From positions 23,298 to 87,297 of IMG/VR virus record IMGVR_UViG_3300037420_000470: 64,000 bases of DNA, one strand, 5' to 3'. Both the position numbers and the translations under genes were made by a program. This DNA is from a virus. Taxonomy: Duplodnaviria; Caudoviricetes. Shown here piece after piece: positions 31,210 through 40,128 of the stretch (position 1 is the first letter of the stretch; each line of letters begins with the position of its first letter). The notes below the pieces were generated by a model that made no database searches, was not told the DNA's origin, and was given only the letters and a program-made list of their open reading frames with translations.

Positions 31210-31225
31210 GCCCTCCGAAGAGGGC
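31210..31225 (-). terminator. terminator after the major capsid gene
   Basis: GCCCTC-TTCG-GAGGGC then TGTTCTTTC. Confidence 0.7.
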
Positions 31226-31237
31226 ATGGATACAAGA

Positions 31238-32254
31238 TTAGTTAGAACTTGTAAACTCTACAACCATCGCTGGACGCAACAGAGCATTCACGAAGTTCGA
31301 TTCAGATTCAATTTCAATCTTCGTACCTTTGCTGTCAGCCGATTCAAACATGTAAACTTGCTCACCGAGCGTATTCACAAAACCGAAGCGGTTAGCGGGG
31401 GAGAAGTACGTTTTGAAAGCGTTCTGAGTGCCGGTAGGGATCATGTAAGCTTTGCCTGTAGGGACCAGACGATTACCAGCATACGTGTCGCGCATTTCGA
31501 CAAAACGCGTACCACCGTAAACGAATTCACGATGCAAAGCCATCGCACCACCCAGACGTTGACGCAGAGGTTCTTGTGTCGAAGCGTAGTATTGATACGC
31601 GGTTTTCACAGAAGCGTGAGCGATCAGTTTAGCGAAGAATTCAGGCGAAGTCAGAACAACAGTACCAGTGAAAGTTTCACCGTTGGCATTGTCTTGAATC
31701 TGAGCGATACCAGCTTCAATCTTAGCAAGAACTTCAGTAGTCGAAGTACCGAGAGTGAAGTCAACCGACAAACGGGTAACACCGAACTCTGTATTCCAAT
31801 CTTGAGTTACAGTGCCGTTAGGTGCGTACACTGTACCAGCAGTGATAGCTTGAGCACGAGCGTATTCCAACGTCCAAGCGTGATTTTGACGAATGCGCTC
31901 CATTTTACGTGCGCGAACAGCTTCCAGTGTCTCAGCTTCCGAAGCAGAACCATAGGCACGTTTGCCTTGGATATCTTGCGGAGAGATTGCGTCATCATAC
32001 GGGAAATGAGGAACAGCAAAGGTATGCAGCTTGCGCGAGCTATCTTTACCAACGGTAGCACGATCACCACGAACGCGGTCAACGATCAATGCACCATCCC
32101 TTGTGATTTCTTCAAACACAACAACGTGTTCGGGTACAGACTCTTCATTGAAGATACCGAGTTGACCAATTGTACCCCATTGATTCGGGATTACATTGAT
32201 TTCTTGGGTCCAATCCTGTACTTCAAAATTATTTCCAAAACTTCTGATAATCAT
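31238..32254 (-). CDS. major capsid protein (lambda E-like family)
   Basis: 338 aa; follows decoration gene; FAVPHFP...I.PQDIQG motif. Confidence 0.85.
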   Translation of the reverse strand: MIIRSFGNNFEVQDWTQEINVIPNQWGTIGQLGIFNEESVPEHVVVFEEITRDGALIVDRVRGDRATVGKDSSRKLHTFAVPHFPYDDAISPQDIQGKRAYGSASEAETLEAVRARKMERIRQNHAWTLEYARAQAITAGTVYAPNGTVTQDWNTEFGVTRLSVDFTLGTSTTEVLAKIEAGIAQIQDNANGETFTGTVVLTSPEFFAKLIAHASVKTAYQYYASTQEPLRQRLGGAMALHREFVYGGTRFVEMRDTYAGNRLVPTGKAYMIPTGTQNAFKTYFSPANRFGFVNTLGEQVYMFESADSKGTKIEIESESNFVNALLRPAMVVEFTSSN

Positions 32255-32284
32255 TTTACTTATTTCCTATTCTTTCAATTTCAA

Positions 32285-32689
32285 TTAAGCGGCAGTTTCA
32301 ACCAGAATGCCAACAGGAGCCAGCGCCGATTTAACAGCAGAAGCGGTTGTACCAGTACCGAGTTGAAGAGCAGAGTCAGCAACGATCACAGGACCACGTA
32401 CCAATACCAACACTTTGGTATCGGTAGCATTGGCAAGAGCGATGTCACCAGAATTGCCAGCACCATCAGCGATGACGATAGCAGCAGGAGTTTGCGAACC
32501 ATCACCAGCAGCAGATGCGCAGAGTTTGTACTTGCCAGTGCCAGTCACTTTACCGAGGACTGCACCAACTTTCAGGGTTTGAGCAGAGTCATTTACCGTG
32601 ACAACTTCACGGCAGTACGACAGTGAAGGCTCGTATTCATGTTTTACCAGAGCCGAAAAGCGTGTGGAGCTTGTAGCGAGAACAGCCAT
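32285..32689 (-). CDS. head decoration protein
   Basis: LKVGAVLGKVT.TGKY...DGSQTP.AI motif. Confidence 0.8.
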   Translation of the reverse strand: MAVLATSSTRFSALVKHEYEPSLSYCREVVTVNDSAQTLKVGAVLGKVTGTGKYKLCASAAGDGSQTPAAIVIADGAGNSGDIALANATDTKVLVLVRGPVIVADSALQLGTGTTASAVKSALAPVGILVETAA

Positions 32690-32723
32690 TTAAAATTTCC
32701 TTTATGTATATTAAGTTTGATGA

Positions 32724-33518
32724 TTAACTTATTTCCAGAATGTCTGGTGTAAGCTTGTTTCTGAAATTAAGCCAGTCATCGTCCGTAGTCGGATTCCAAC
32801 CAGTCTTAATCTTTTTGACTATTGCTATAATCTGGTGCTTGACAACATTAAAGTGTCGGGCAACATCTGCGTAGCTACAGTCGCTATGATTACTAATAAA
32901 TGTATGAATATCGTCAGCAATCATCCAATTACCTATAACAGCCCTTGAATGCTCCCAAGGCTTCAGTGCAAGACAAGCTTCTCTCATGGCCTTGACACCT
33001 TTCTCACGAGTGTTAAGAACACCTTCAGTCACTCGTCTTGTTTTGGCAGCACTGCTAATATTGGCTCTAGCCTCATCTGACCTGATTTTTCCAGTAAGGG
33101 CTTTGCGAATCTTTTTAACAGTTTCAGGTGAACTCTTACGACCTCTGCGCGTTGCAGACATTTCAGATTTAGTCTCTTCTGTATGTTGAATACCTAAACG
33201 GGTAACTTCTCCACCAACACAAACGTTATAGCCGATGTTCGCTAGAGGTCTTAGGCACTTCTCTTTTTCAAGGCACTCACTAAACGTTCCCTCAAACACG
33301 GTGTCAATAACTAGGTCATCACCGTATTTCCTGATTGCCCTGTGTATGGGCAAATTACTTCCGCGTTTGGAACAGTATTTATGTTCCTTAAACCTTTTAT
33401 CGGCACTCTTTACTGTCACACCAACATAACCTTCGCAGCAAATGTCGGTGTGTTCAGGAAGATGTATCCAATAAGTTATGCCGTGTCTTTCGAGAATATC
33501 TTCAGAAGGTGAAACCAT
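32724..33518 (-). CDS. GIY-YIG-like homing endonuclease with NUMOD3 repeats
   Basis: YWIH...GYVGVT...RFKEH...GYN; HTEETKSEMS and SPETVKKIR repeats. Confidence 0.75.
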   Translation of the reverse strand: MVSPSEDILERHGITYWIHLPEHTDICCEGYVGVTVKSADKRFKEHKYCSKRGSNLPIHRAIRKYGDDLVIDTVFEGTFSECLEKEKCLRPLANIGYNVCVGGEVTRLGIQHTEETKSEMSATRRGRKSSPETVKKIRKALTGKIRSDEARANISSAAKTRRVTEGVLNTREKGVKAMREACLALKPWEHSRAVIGNWMIADDIHTFISNHSDCSYADVARHFNVVKHQIIAIVKKIKTGWNPTTDDDWLNFRNKLTPDILEIS

Positions 33519-34057
33519 TACTTCTTGCCATATTTCGCAAGAAGAATTTTCATTTCTGCTGATTCCTCATTAACTTTTGTAGCGTCTGCTTGCGCAGCAA
33601 CACCGACTTCCTTGAAAAGATTCGATTTCGCTTCTACTTCCACCGAACCAACCAATGCAGACACAACAGCTTCAAACGCTGCATCGTCCAAACCTTCCGT
33701 GGCAAGCAACAGACTGTCAGCTTTTTCAGTGCCGATTGCAGCAACAACTTTCTCTTTACGCGAAGCAGCTTTAGCAGCAGCAGCTTGAGCAATCATTTCA
33801 GCTTTCTCAGCTTCAATTGCAGCCAATGCAGCAGTGGCAGCTTCATATTTACTATTCAGTTCAGCGAGAGCCACCGTAGCAGCATCAAGCGATGTAGTAG
33901 CTTCTTTCAATTGTGCTTGCAGATCAGACACCACTGTATCGAACTCTGCGATAGCATTGTCTAGTTCTGCTTGAGGAACAACAGCTTGTTCCCGTGTTTC
34001 AACTACTTCCGCTTGTGCAGGTTGCACATTCAGAAGCTTCTTAAATTTATCCAGCAT
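33518..34057 (-). CDS. scaffolding protein
   Basis: Ala/Glu coiled coil between protease and capsid genes. Confidence 0.65.
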   Translation of the reverse strand: MLDKFKKLLNVQPAQAEVVETREQAVVPQAELDNAIAEFDTVVSDLQAQLKEATTSLDAATVALAELNSKYEAATAALAAIEAEKAEMIAQAAAAKAASRKEKVVAAIGTEKADSLLLATEGLDDAAFEAVVSALVGSVEVEAKSNLFKEVGVAAQADATKVNEESAEMKILLAKYGKK

Positions 34058-34917
34058 TACGCTGCTCCTTTGTGTAGAGATGCTACATACGTAGCAAATT
34101 CACGATTAGTCATAACTTTATTTGCCAATCCACGTTTAACAGCTTCTTCAGCGTTAAACACTTTGGCTTCAAAACTAGTGATTGTTTTAATATCCAAACC
34201 AGTATATTTACTAACGTGTTCTGCAAATTCCATGTTCAAGCGATCTACTTCAGCTTGTAGCTCATCCAAGAACTCTTGCTTGAATGAACCATCTTCTGCG
34301 AATGGAACTTTAGATTTTCCGCTAGTGATGAAGATGCGTTTGAAACCAGCTTGCTCCATTGCTTTGCTTGTGTCCAACAGCGCAACAACACAACCTATGG
34401 AGCCAAGAGATGCTGAAGGATTGGCAACCACTTCATCACAAATGGAAATCAGAGCATAAGCAGCAGAAGCAGCGAGTGTGTCTGCATAACCAATCAGTTG
34501 AATGTTGCTATCATCACAGATGGCACGAATCTCGTTAGCTGTTTCAAAAACATGCGAAGCCTCACCACCCCCGCTAGAAACTTCCATGACGATAGTTTTA
34601 ACTCCAGCTTCAGCCATCTCTTCAACTTGGTCTACCAAGGATTGATAGCTTGTGCCAGCAGCACCGCATAGAGTCATTACAGGTTTGTAAGTGAGAGAGC
34701 CATCAACCTTGAGAACACCTAAACCGTCGGCATAAGGTTTTTCTTTAGGTTGTCTAGTGTACGGGTCATCTTCATACTCATCGTATGCTTTGACTACACC
34801 GACATCGTTACGGGACTCTAGGTAGTCTAGAATGACGCTGAAAGCACTTGGGGTTATCAAGTGCGGCTTATTGTGAATACTTTCGTACAGCCTAAAGAGG
34901 CTGTGTGCTATTGGCAT
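34057..34917 (-). CDS. head maturation protease, S49 family
   Basis: SSGGGE, AASAAY, GSIG motifs. Confidence 0.85.
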   Translation of the reverse strand: MPIAHSLFRLYESIHNKPHLITPSAFSVILDYLESRNDVGVVKAYDEYEDDPYTRQPKEKPYADGLGVLKVDGSLTYKPVMTLCGAAGTSYQSLVDQVEEMAEAGVKTIVMEVSSGGGEASHVFETANEIRAICDDSNIQLIGYADTLAASAAYALISICDEVVANPSASLGSIGCVVALLDTSKAMEQAGFKRIFITSGKSKVPFAEDGSFKQEFLDELQAEVDRLNMEFAEHVSKYTGLDIKTITSFEAKVFNAEEAVKRGLANKVMTNREFATYVASLHKGAA

Positions 34918-34926
34918 AATGCCTCC

Positions 34927-36432
34927 TTATGCTGTGTTATCACTGTTATTGGATGATCTATCTTTACCTGTTGCAGACTTTGCAGTTCCATCACCAACTG
35001 TACCAACTTCCATGCCTGCACCAGACTTGCTAGATTGGCCTGTCAATGTGGCAGGTAAAGCCTCTTTATCTATCGGCTCGTCATCAGGTTTAGCAGGTAC
35101 ACCAAGCAACTCCCTAACACGATTGAGAACCGGGCGGTCAACTTCAATTGCACTTGTGGAGAACACTCGTTGTACAGCTTTAGAGAATGTCTCAAGGTCA
35201 ATCTCTTCAACATCTGAATAAAAGAAGTGAGCTATGTTTTCTGTAGACCAGCCATTCTGCTCGTATATGATACGCATCAGATGGCTATTCAACACTTCCG
35301 CTATCTCTTTCAAACGATAATCAATAGCGAGAGCAAGAACAGAACTCTTACTTTCTGCTAGTGAGAATGATCCAGAGCCTTCTGCACCTAGTTTGAGAAT
35401 ATCAACAGATAGGGCAGAAAGAATGTCACCTTGCAAGCGACGTATGATTGATTCTGTATCGTACTTCGCACCACCCTTTGACTCCATCAACTCATAAGTG
35501 AAAAGTGGGAGTTTGCTTTCAGGGTCAACCATATTTGGTACGAGCAAACCTCTCTGTGTACCTGCATTGTAGTTGTCGATGATTTGCTGAAATGCTGCGA
35601 CAGCCGCTTTATCTTCAGCAGAAGCGTTAGGGTCAAGGTAGCGCGGAGGAATAGCGATCTTGAGAATGCCTTGAACGTCTTTTGCAACACCAATCAACTC
35701 TTGATCTTGCAACAACTCCATTCTTTTGAATGCGAGATAGATGTTCTTATAAATACTGTTTCCTTCAGGGTTGCCCTTATTGGCACTGGCAGAAAACAGC
35801 AGGAATTTTTCACGATCAATTTGCAGCTTACCTTGATCGTTTAAACGATTCTGAAAACGGTAAGCGTTTTGAATATTATTTAGTGATTGCTCTACAGCGA
35901 GAAGATCAGAACCATCTTCAGAGAAAATCCAACCCGTAATTGTGTCTTGACTACGTACAGGTAGCTTCTTAAGCCCTACCAATCCGTCATTGTACTTACT
36001 GCCATTGCGTAACAACCTGCGACGTAGTACAATCTCATTAATACCAAAACCATATTCAAGGTAAGGGATAACGGACTCAATAAATGCTGACCAAGAGTGC
36101 TCCATATCATGCATCATTGTTCTAATAACATCTGCACGAGATTTAGCTTTATCGTCAGCACCTTTAGGGGCTTGCACATCCCATCTAACCCTACTTATCA
36201 TCATACGGTAAACATTCATTGCGCTCCCAACTGTAGGGTTGTTGCGCATCTCATTTACGGTTTGAATGAATTGTGGATAGCGGAATGCTTTTTGAGTTTC
36301 TTCTGTGATTTGGCGATTCCTAACTTTCAAGCCTAGAATACCTTGCTCTCCAAGTTGGATACGTGGTATAACTATGCCATCATCAGGCTTCAAATCTTCT
36401 TCGGAGCTTTTTGCCTTTTTAGCTTTTGGCAT
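34927..36432 (-). CDS. portal protein
   Basis: 501 aa after the terminase; NPEGNSI and GSFSLAE DUF935-like motifs. Confidence 0.85.
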   Translation of the reverse strand: MPKAKKAKSSEEDLKPDDGIVIPRIQLGEQGILGLKVRNRQITEETQKAFRYPQFIQTVNEMRNNPTVGSAMNVYRMMISRVRWDVQAPKGADDKAKSRADVIRTMMHDMEHSWSAFIESVIPYLEYGFGINEIVLRRRLLRNGSKYNDGLVGLKKLPVRSQDTITGWIFSEDGSDLLAVEQSLNNIQNAYRFQNRLNDQGKLQIDREKFLLFSASANKGNPEGNSIYKNIYLAFKRMELLQDQELIGVAKDVQGILKIAIPPRYLDPNASAEDKAAVAAFQQIIDNYNAGTQRGLLVPNMVDPESKLPLFTYELMESKGGAKYDTESIIRRLQGDILSALSVDILKLGAEGSGSFSLAESKSSVLALAIDYRLKEIAEVLNSHLMRIIYEQNGWSTENIAHFFYSDVEEIDLETFSKAVQRVFSTSAIEVDRPVLNRVRELLGVPAKPDDEPIDKEALPATLTGQSSKSGAGMEVGTVGDGTAKSATGKDRSSNNSDNTA

Positions 36433-36449
36433 TAAGCACTCCTTTAGGA

Positions 36450-37856
36450 TTAATTAATTTTTGGTATTGGTGATTTTTGTTCTAGCGTAGGGACAGCGAA
36501 AGTGGGGAGTTGAATTTGCTTTGCCAGTGTTGAGAAACAGTCAGACACCGCATCAACCTGATCATTTTTCTCCGTTCTGCTTCCACTAAACTGTTCAAGC
36601 TCTAGAAAGAATGCTTCGTTCCAATCACCTTTAACCACCCTAACACTACCGCTTTCACAAAGCGCAGCAAAAGGTTGGAATTTTGTAACTTTACTGTTAT
36701 GCCCTGAAATCGTACATGACCTAGCAACAATACCATTCTCTGCTAATGTACGAATGTAAAACGAGTTGGCTGTACTTCCTGCCGCTCCAGGGTCTTTAGG
36801 AATAGTGACAGAACACTCATCCACACCATCTGCAATAGCGGTATCAATCACAGCTTTAAGAACTTTATCTGTCCTATCTCTGAGTCTTACAACATCTTCA
36901 ACATAGTAGATACCATATTTATCACGACTCATCTTCACACCAGCAGTCCAGTCCGGGTTAGGAACAGCAACAGAGGGCAAAGTTGAGGCAAAGTCCCATG
37001 ACCTTACTCGTGCAATAGGGTTTATTGGTGATCGATCAACTATTGGTGTCCATTCACGCTTGAAATAACCACTACCGCTTTCCTTAGCAGTCCATGAACC
37101 ATGCAAATACTTTAATTGGTTGACGTATGGTTGTGCTAATAGGTTAGCAAGATAACTTGTGTTTCTTGGAGGTAGAAGGTAAGGGTTGTCAAACACACCT
37201 GTAGGAAGAAAACGAAACGATTTAGGCATACACAACCTAAGACGTTCTTCACCAGACATTTTTAACATGTCATCTTCAGTCATGCCGTGAGCATAAATCA
37301 TATCTCTTGGCTTACCGTACAACTCATAGCACTCTTCAGGACTATCTGCCCAATGCGCTTTGTTATCGATAACGATAAACCACCTAATCCTGTTCTCAGT
37401 ACCTTCTACTGGTACACCAGTTTCAGGGTCAAGACTGAAATCAACCCAATTTTTAAGAAAAGAATTGATGTCAGGATTGCACGTCAGGATCAGTTGAGGA
37501 TGAATCTTTGAGTGCGCAGAACGCAAACGAGACAACAAGAATAACACTTGCTTCTCAGTCCATTTATCTGCTGCTTCGTCAATCAGAGCACGTACAAGCT
37601 GAGAACCCTGCCATGAACCTAAATCGTCGTCTGTAGCAATTGCAGAGAACGATACTTGCGCACCTGATGGGAACACCCATTGCATTGCTTGGGATTTGTA
37701 CACACCACCAAAATCACGATACACAGGTTTCGATTCATCGATTAATCCACCCTGCCTTTTGAGTTCAGGGTATGTGCGACGAAAGATTGTGCATCTAAAA
37801 TGAGGATCATCCAATCCATCTAAATTCTTTGTGAGGCAGGTAAAGGACTTACCACC
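36450..37856 (-). CDS. terL: terminase large subunit, exon 2
   Basis: GGKSF, IFRRTYPEL, LIDEA, LTCNP, C-terminal DQVDA; spliced product 501 aa. Confidence 0.9.
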   Translation of the reverse strand, partial: GGKSFTCLTKNLDGLDDPHFRCTIFRRTYPELKRQGGLIDESKPVYRDFGGVYKSQAMQWVFPSGAQVSFSAIATDDDLGSWQGSQLVRALIDEAADKWTEKQVLFLLSRLRSAHSKIHPQLILTCNPDINSFLKNWVDFSLDPETGVPVEGTENRIRWFIVIDNKAHWADSPEECYELYGKPRDMIYAHGMTEDDMLKMSGEERLRLCMPKSFRFLPTGVFDNPYLLPPRNTSYLANLLAQPYVNQLKYLHGSWTAKESGSGYFKREWTPIVDRSPINPIARVRSWDFASTLPSVAVPNPDWTAGVKMSRDKYGIYYVEDVVRLRDRTDKVLKAVIDTAIADGVDECSVTIPKDPGAAGSTANSFYIRTLAENGIVARSCTISGHNSKVTKFQPFAALCESGSVRVVKGDWNEAFFLELEQFSGSRTEKNDQVDAVSDCFSTLAKQIQLPTFAVPTLEQKSPIPKIN

Positions 37857-38115
37857 CAATATCTTCAAGTAAGTTCGTTACGCTTACCCCGCTGTTAAGC
37901 TGCTCCTATTCGCATAGGACGTTGAGACTATATCACCTACCCTTATAGGGTAGCCTTCCGTTTCGGATCACTTGATCCTACTCCCTTGCGGGATAGTCGT
38001 TGAACGTCTTTCTCATTTATGAGAAATTTCGCTGCTGATTGTCTCGCAAAGAGAGTTTCCAGCAATTAGAAAGGTTTGCTACGTAAGATTACTCTTACGA
38101 GGGGCAGTGTTATTT
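37857..38115 (-). mobile_element. ORF-less group I intron (259 nt) in terL
   Basis: exon ends in U, intron ends in G; P AATTGCTGGAAA, Q AATCAGCAG, R GTTCAACGACTA, S GATATAGTC. Confidence 0.9.
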
Positions 38116-38214
38116 ACCCGCGCCTCCACCGAGTAAAATCACATCTGTATGATTATCGGTGAGAAAAAGCCTCTGCTTCTCTGAGCAGGGGCCGTAAACT
38201 TTGGTTTCACTCAA
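38116..38214 (-). CDS. terL: terminase large subunit, exon 1
   Basis: TTG start overlapping the HNH stop; MSETKVYGPCSEKQRLFLTDNHTDVILLGGGAG joins GGKS to give Walker A. Confidence 0.85.
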
Positions 38215-39020
38215 TCTGTTATCTCCACTTCATATTTATACAAAGCATCGTAACAACGAGGATCAATCACATCTTTGTATTTGTCTGCTAAAACTTTTAA
38301 ATACTTCTCTTTCGCTTTCTTATAAGCTTTGAAAGCTTCAGTAGGGCAGTTGAAATAACCTAAATGCCTAGTCTTATTATTCTCTCTAAGGCAAGCCATG
38401 AACTTGTTGTGCTGAGAGTGCCAACTTACACCGATGGGATAATCACCCCGCTTTGAATTAGCTTTAGTCAATTGAGAATTAATTTCCGCAGGGACAAACA
38501 CACAATACTCAGGGCAATAGAGTTTATTGCCTTTTTTCAAAATGTCCTTATCAAGATGAAAACCTTGCTCTTTATATCCTATCTGCTTTTGACACCAATC
38601 AGAGAAGTTATCAGCATACAACCATTCATCACAAACTTCTACACCAGTATATGTTGGTTTTCCAGAATGATATTTGGAATTATAAGCCCGTGTCATCATC
38701 CCATACCAAGTGTTGTATTCCTTTGTAATCACACCGTTATCGTCGTGTGTTTTACTTTTAAAAGGTTTATACCCAACACCATACACTGTAGGGATGTTTG
38801 GATCATAGACACGTTTAGGAATTTTATCAGCACACTTCTTGCAACCTTGACCCCGCTTATGGGAGTTATATACTTGAGAGAACACCCCATGCTCTTTGCA
38901 AATAATATCTATCTTCTCTTTTGTTGCTGTGTACTTAACCAACGAATAATCGTAAGTATTACCATGCACGTCAATTAACTCTTTAACTGCTACTTCTTGC
39001 GTCAATACTCTCTTTGCCAC
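38211..39020 (-). CDS. free-standing HNH-type homing endonuclease
   Basis: CKEHG...CKKC; LDKDIL...YCPEYCVFVP..IN; C-terminal AP2-like HLGYF. Confidence 0.8.
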   Translation of the reverse strand: MAKRVLTQEVAVKELIDVHGNTYDYSLVKYTATKEKIDIICKEHGVFSQVYNSHKRGQGCKKCADKIPKRVYDPNIPTVYGVGYKPFKSKTHDDNGVITKEYNTWYGMMTRAYNSKYHSGKPTYTGVEVCDEWLYADNFSDWCQKQIGYKEQGFHLDKDILKKGNKLYCPEYCVFVPAEINSQLTKANSKRGDYPIGVSWHSQHNKFMACLRENNKTRHLGYFNCPTEAFKAYKKAKEKYLKVLADKYKDVIDPRCYDALYKYEVEITD

Positions 39021-39428
39021 TACTCAACCTCCCCAGGTCATTGTTATTGAATAATCTTTAATCAGCACACCAAGCGCCTAGGGAGGGACACACAAGATGC
39101 ACTGATTGAAAACTATTCAGTTGACGACAAAATCCCTCAAGGCTTTCACCATGAGGGACGTTATATTAGTTCTGTGCTGCCACTCTGTCCATGCAAACAC
39201 AGTTTGGTGTTGCAAAAAATCAACACCTTCTCCACAACATTTTAAAATGCACCCTCCACAACCAAGGAGAAAGGATTTGTGCAAAGGGTACATTTTAAAA
39301 TGCACAGTTTTCGTCTAAGGTACTGTGTAAACCTTATCAAGCCCTTTAAAGGAACTCTGAATGCTGCAACCTTTACAAACCCTTTGGGCCGACCTTTGCA
39401 GGGAAGGAATTAACGCAGCTAAAATTGC

Positions 39429-39504
39429 TGGTGCTGATCGCAGGACTCGAACCCACCACCCTCTGATTACAAATCAGACGCTCTACCAGATGAGCTAGAC
39501 CAGC
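39429..39504 (-). tRNA. trnT: tRNA-Thr(UGU), CCA encoded
   Basis: 76-nt cloverleaf: GCTGGTC/GATCAGC acceptor, TCTGA-TTTGTAA-TCAGA anticodon arm, TTCGAGT loop. Confidence 0.95.
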
Positions 39505-39512
39505 ATTATCTC

Positions 39513-39926
39513 TCACCAAGGAGTTGGTGCGGGAACCGGATAACCAGGATCAGGCTGCTCTACACTACCAAAATCGCCAGGAGAGCAAATCTCCATATAC
39601 ATCATGTCTTGCGAATAATTGAACAAGTAATGCAACAAACCGGGATTCTGACTAACCATATCTCCTGCTTCTACTCGCACAACCTTATCTTCATACATAA
39701 ATTCTGCCCATCCCTGGAGCATATAGACCATTTGAAAATCTAGAACATGTATGTGCCAACCTGTACCCTTGTCAGGAGGACACTCAGGGTTAGCCTTAAC
39801 AAGATGAGCAATCACCTTACCATCTGAAGCATTCTTGATACCTAAATCTTTGTAGAGAAAGAATGGACGTAAGCCTTCGCTTCTCCACTCTGTATCTGCA
39901 GGTTTAACATGTGAGAATTTCATCAC
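39513..39926 (-). CDS. cupin-domain protein (bacterial type)
   Basis: GWHIH..DFQMVYMLQGW...AGD...GLLH cupin motifs. Confidence 0.85.
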   Translation of the reverse strand: MMKFSHVKPADTEWRSEGLRPFFLYKDLGIKNASDGKVIAHLVKANPECPPDKGTGWHIHVLDFQMVYMLQGWAEFMYEDKVVRVEAGDMVSQNPGLLHYLFNYSQDMMYMEICSPGDFGSVEQPDPGYPVPAPTPW

Positions 39927-40128
39927 TCACCCTCTTATCTGGTAGTACCTTATTGATATAACCTAGTGCTAACATAAAGTCAAAGTAGCGTTGGTCTAGT
40001 ACAGTCAAACCAAGGTTGACAGTTTTTACTGAAAACCACTCTGAAGACGTTACGTTGAAAATTTCACCAGCACGTAGAAATGTCTTAGGTACATCACGTA
40101 ATATTACGTACTTCCCTAAAGTGCTCAT
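39904..40128 (-). CDS. hypothetical protein
   Basis: 74 aa, coupled to neighbours. Confidence 0.6.
   Translation of the reverse strand: MSTLGKYVILRDVPKTFLRAGEIFNVTSSEWFSVKTVNLGLTVLDQRYFDFMLALGYINKVLPDKRVSDEILTC

Noticed and set aside
31226-32626. 466-aa + strand ORF
   Set aside because: Antisense shadow of the capsid and decoration genes; no RBS or recognisable motifs; explained by codon bias on the coding strand.
36450-37868. terL as a single 472-aa ORF starting MKILGGKS
   Set aside because: The start lies inside the intron and lacks the first half of Walker A; the spliced two-exon model fits better.
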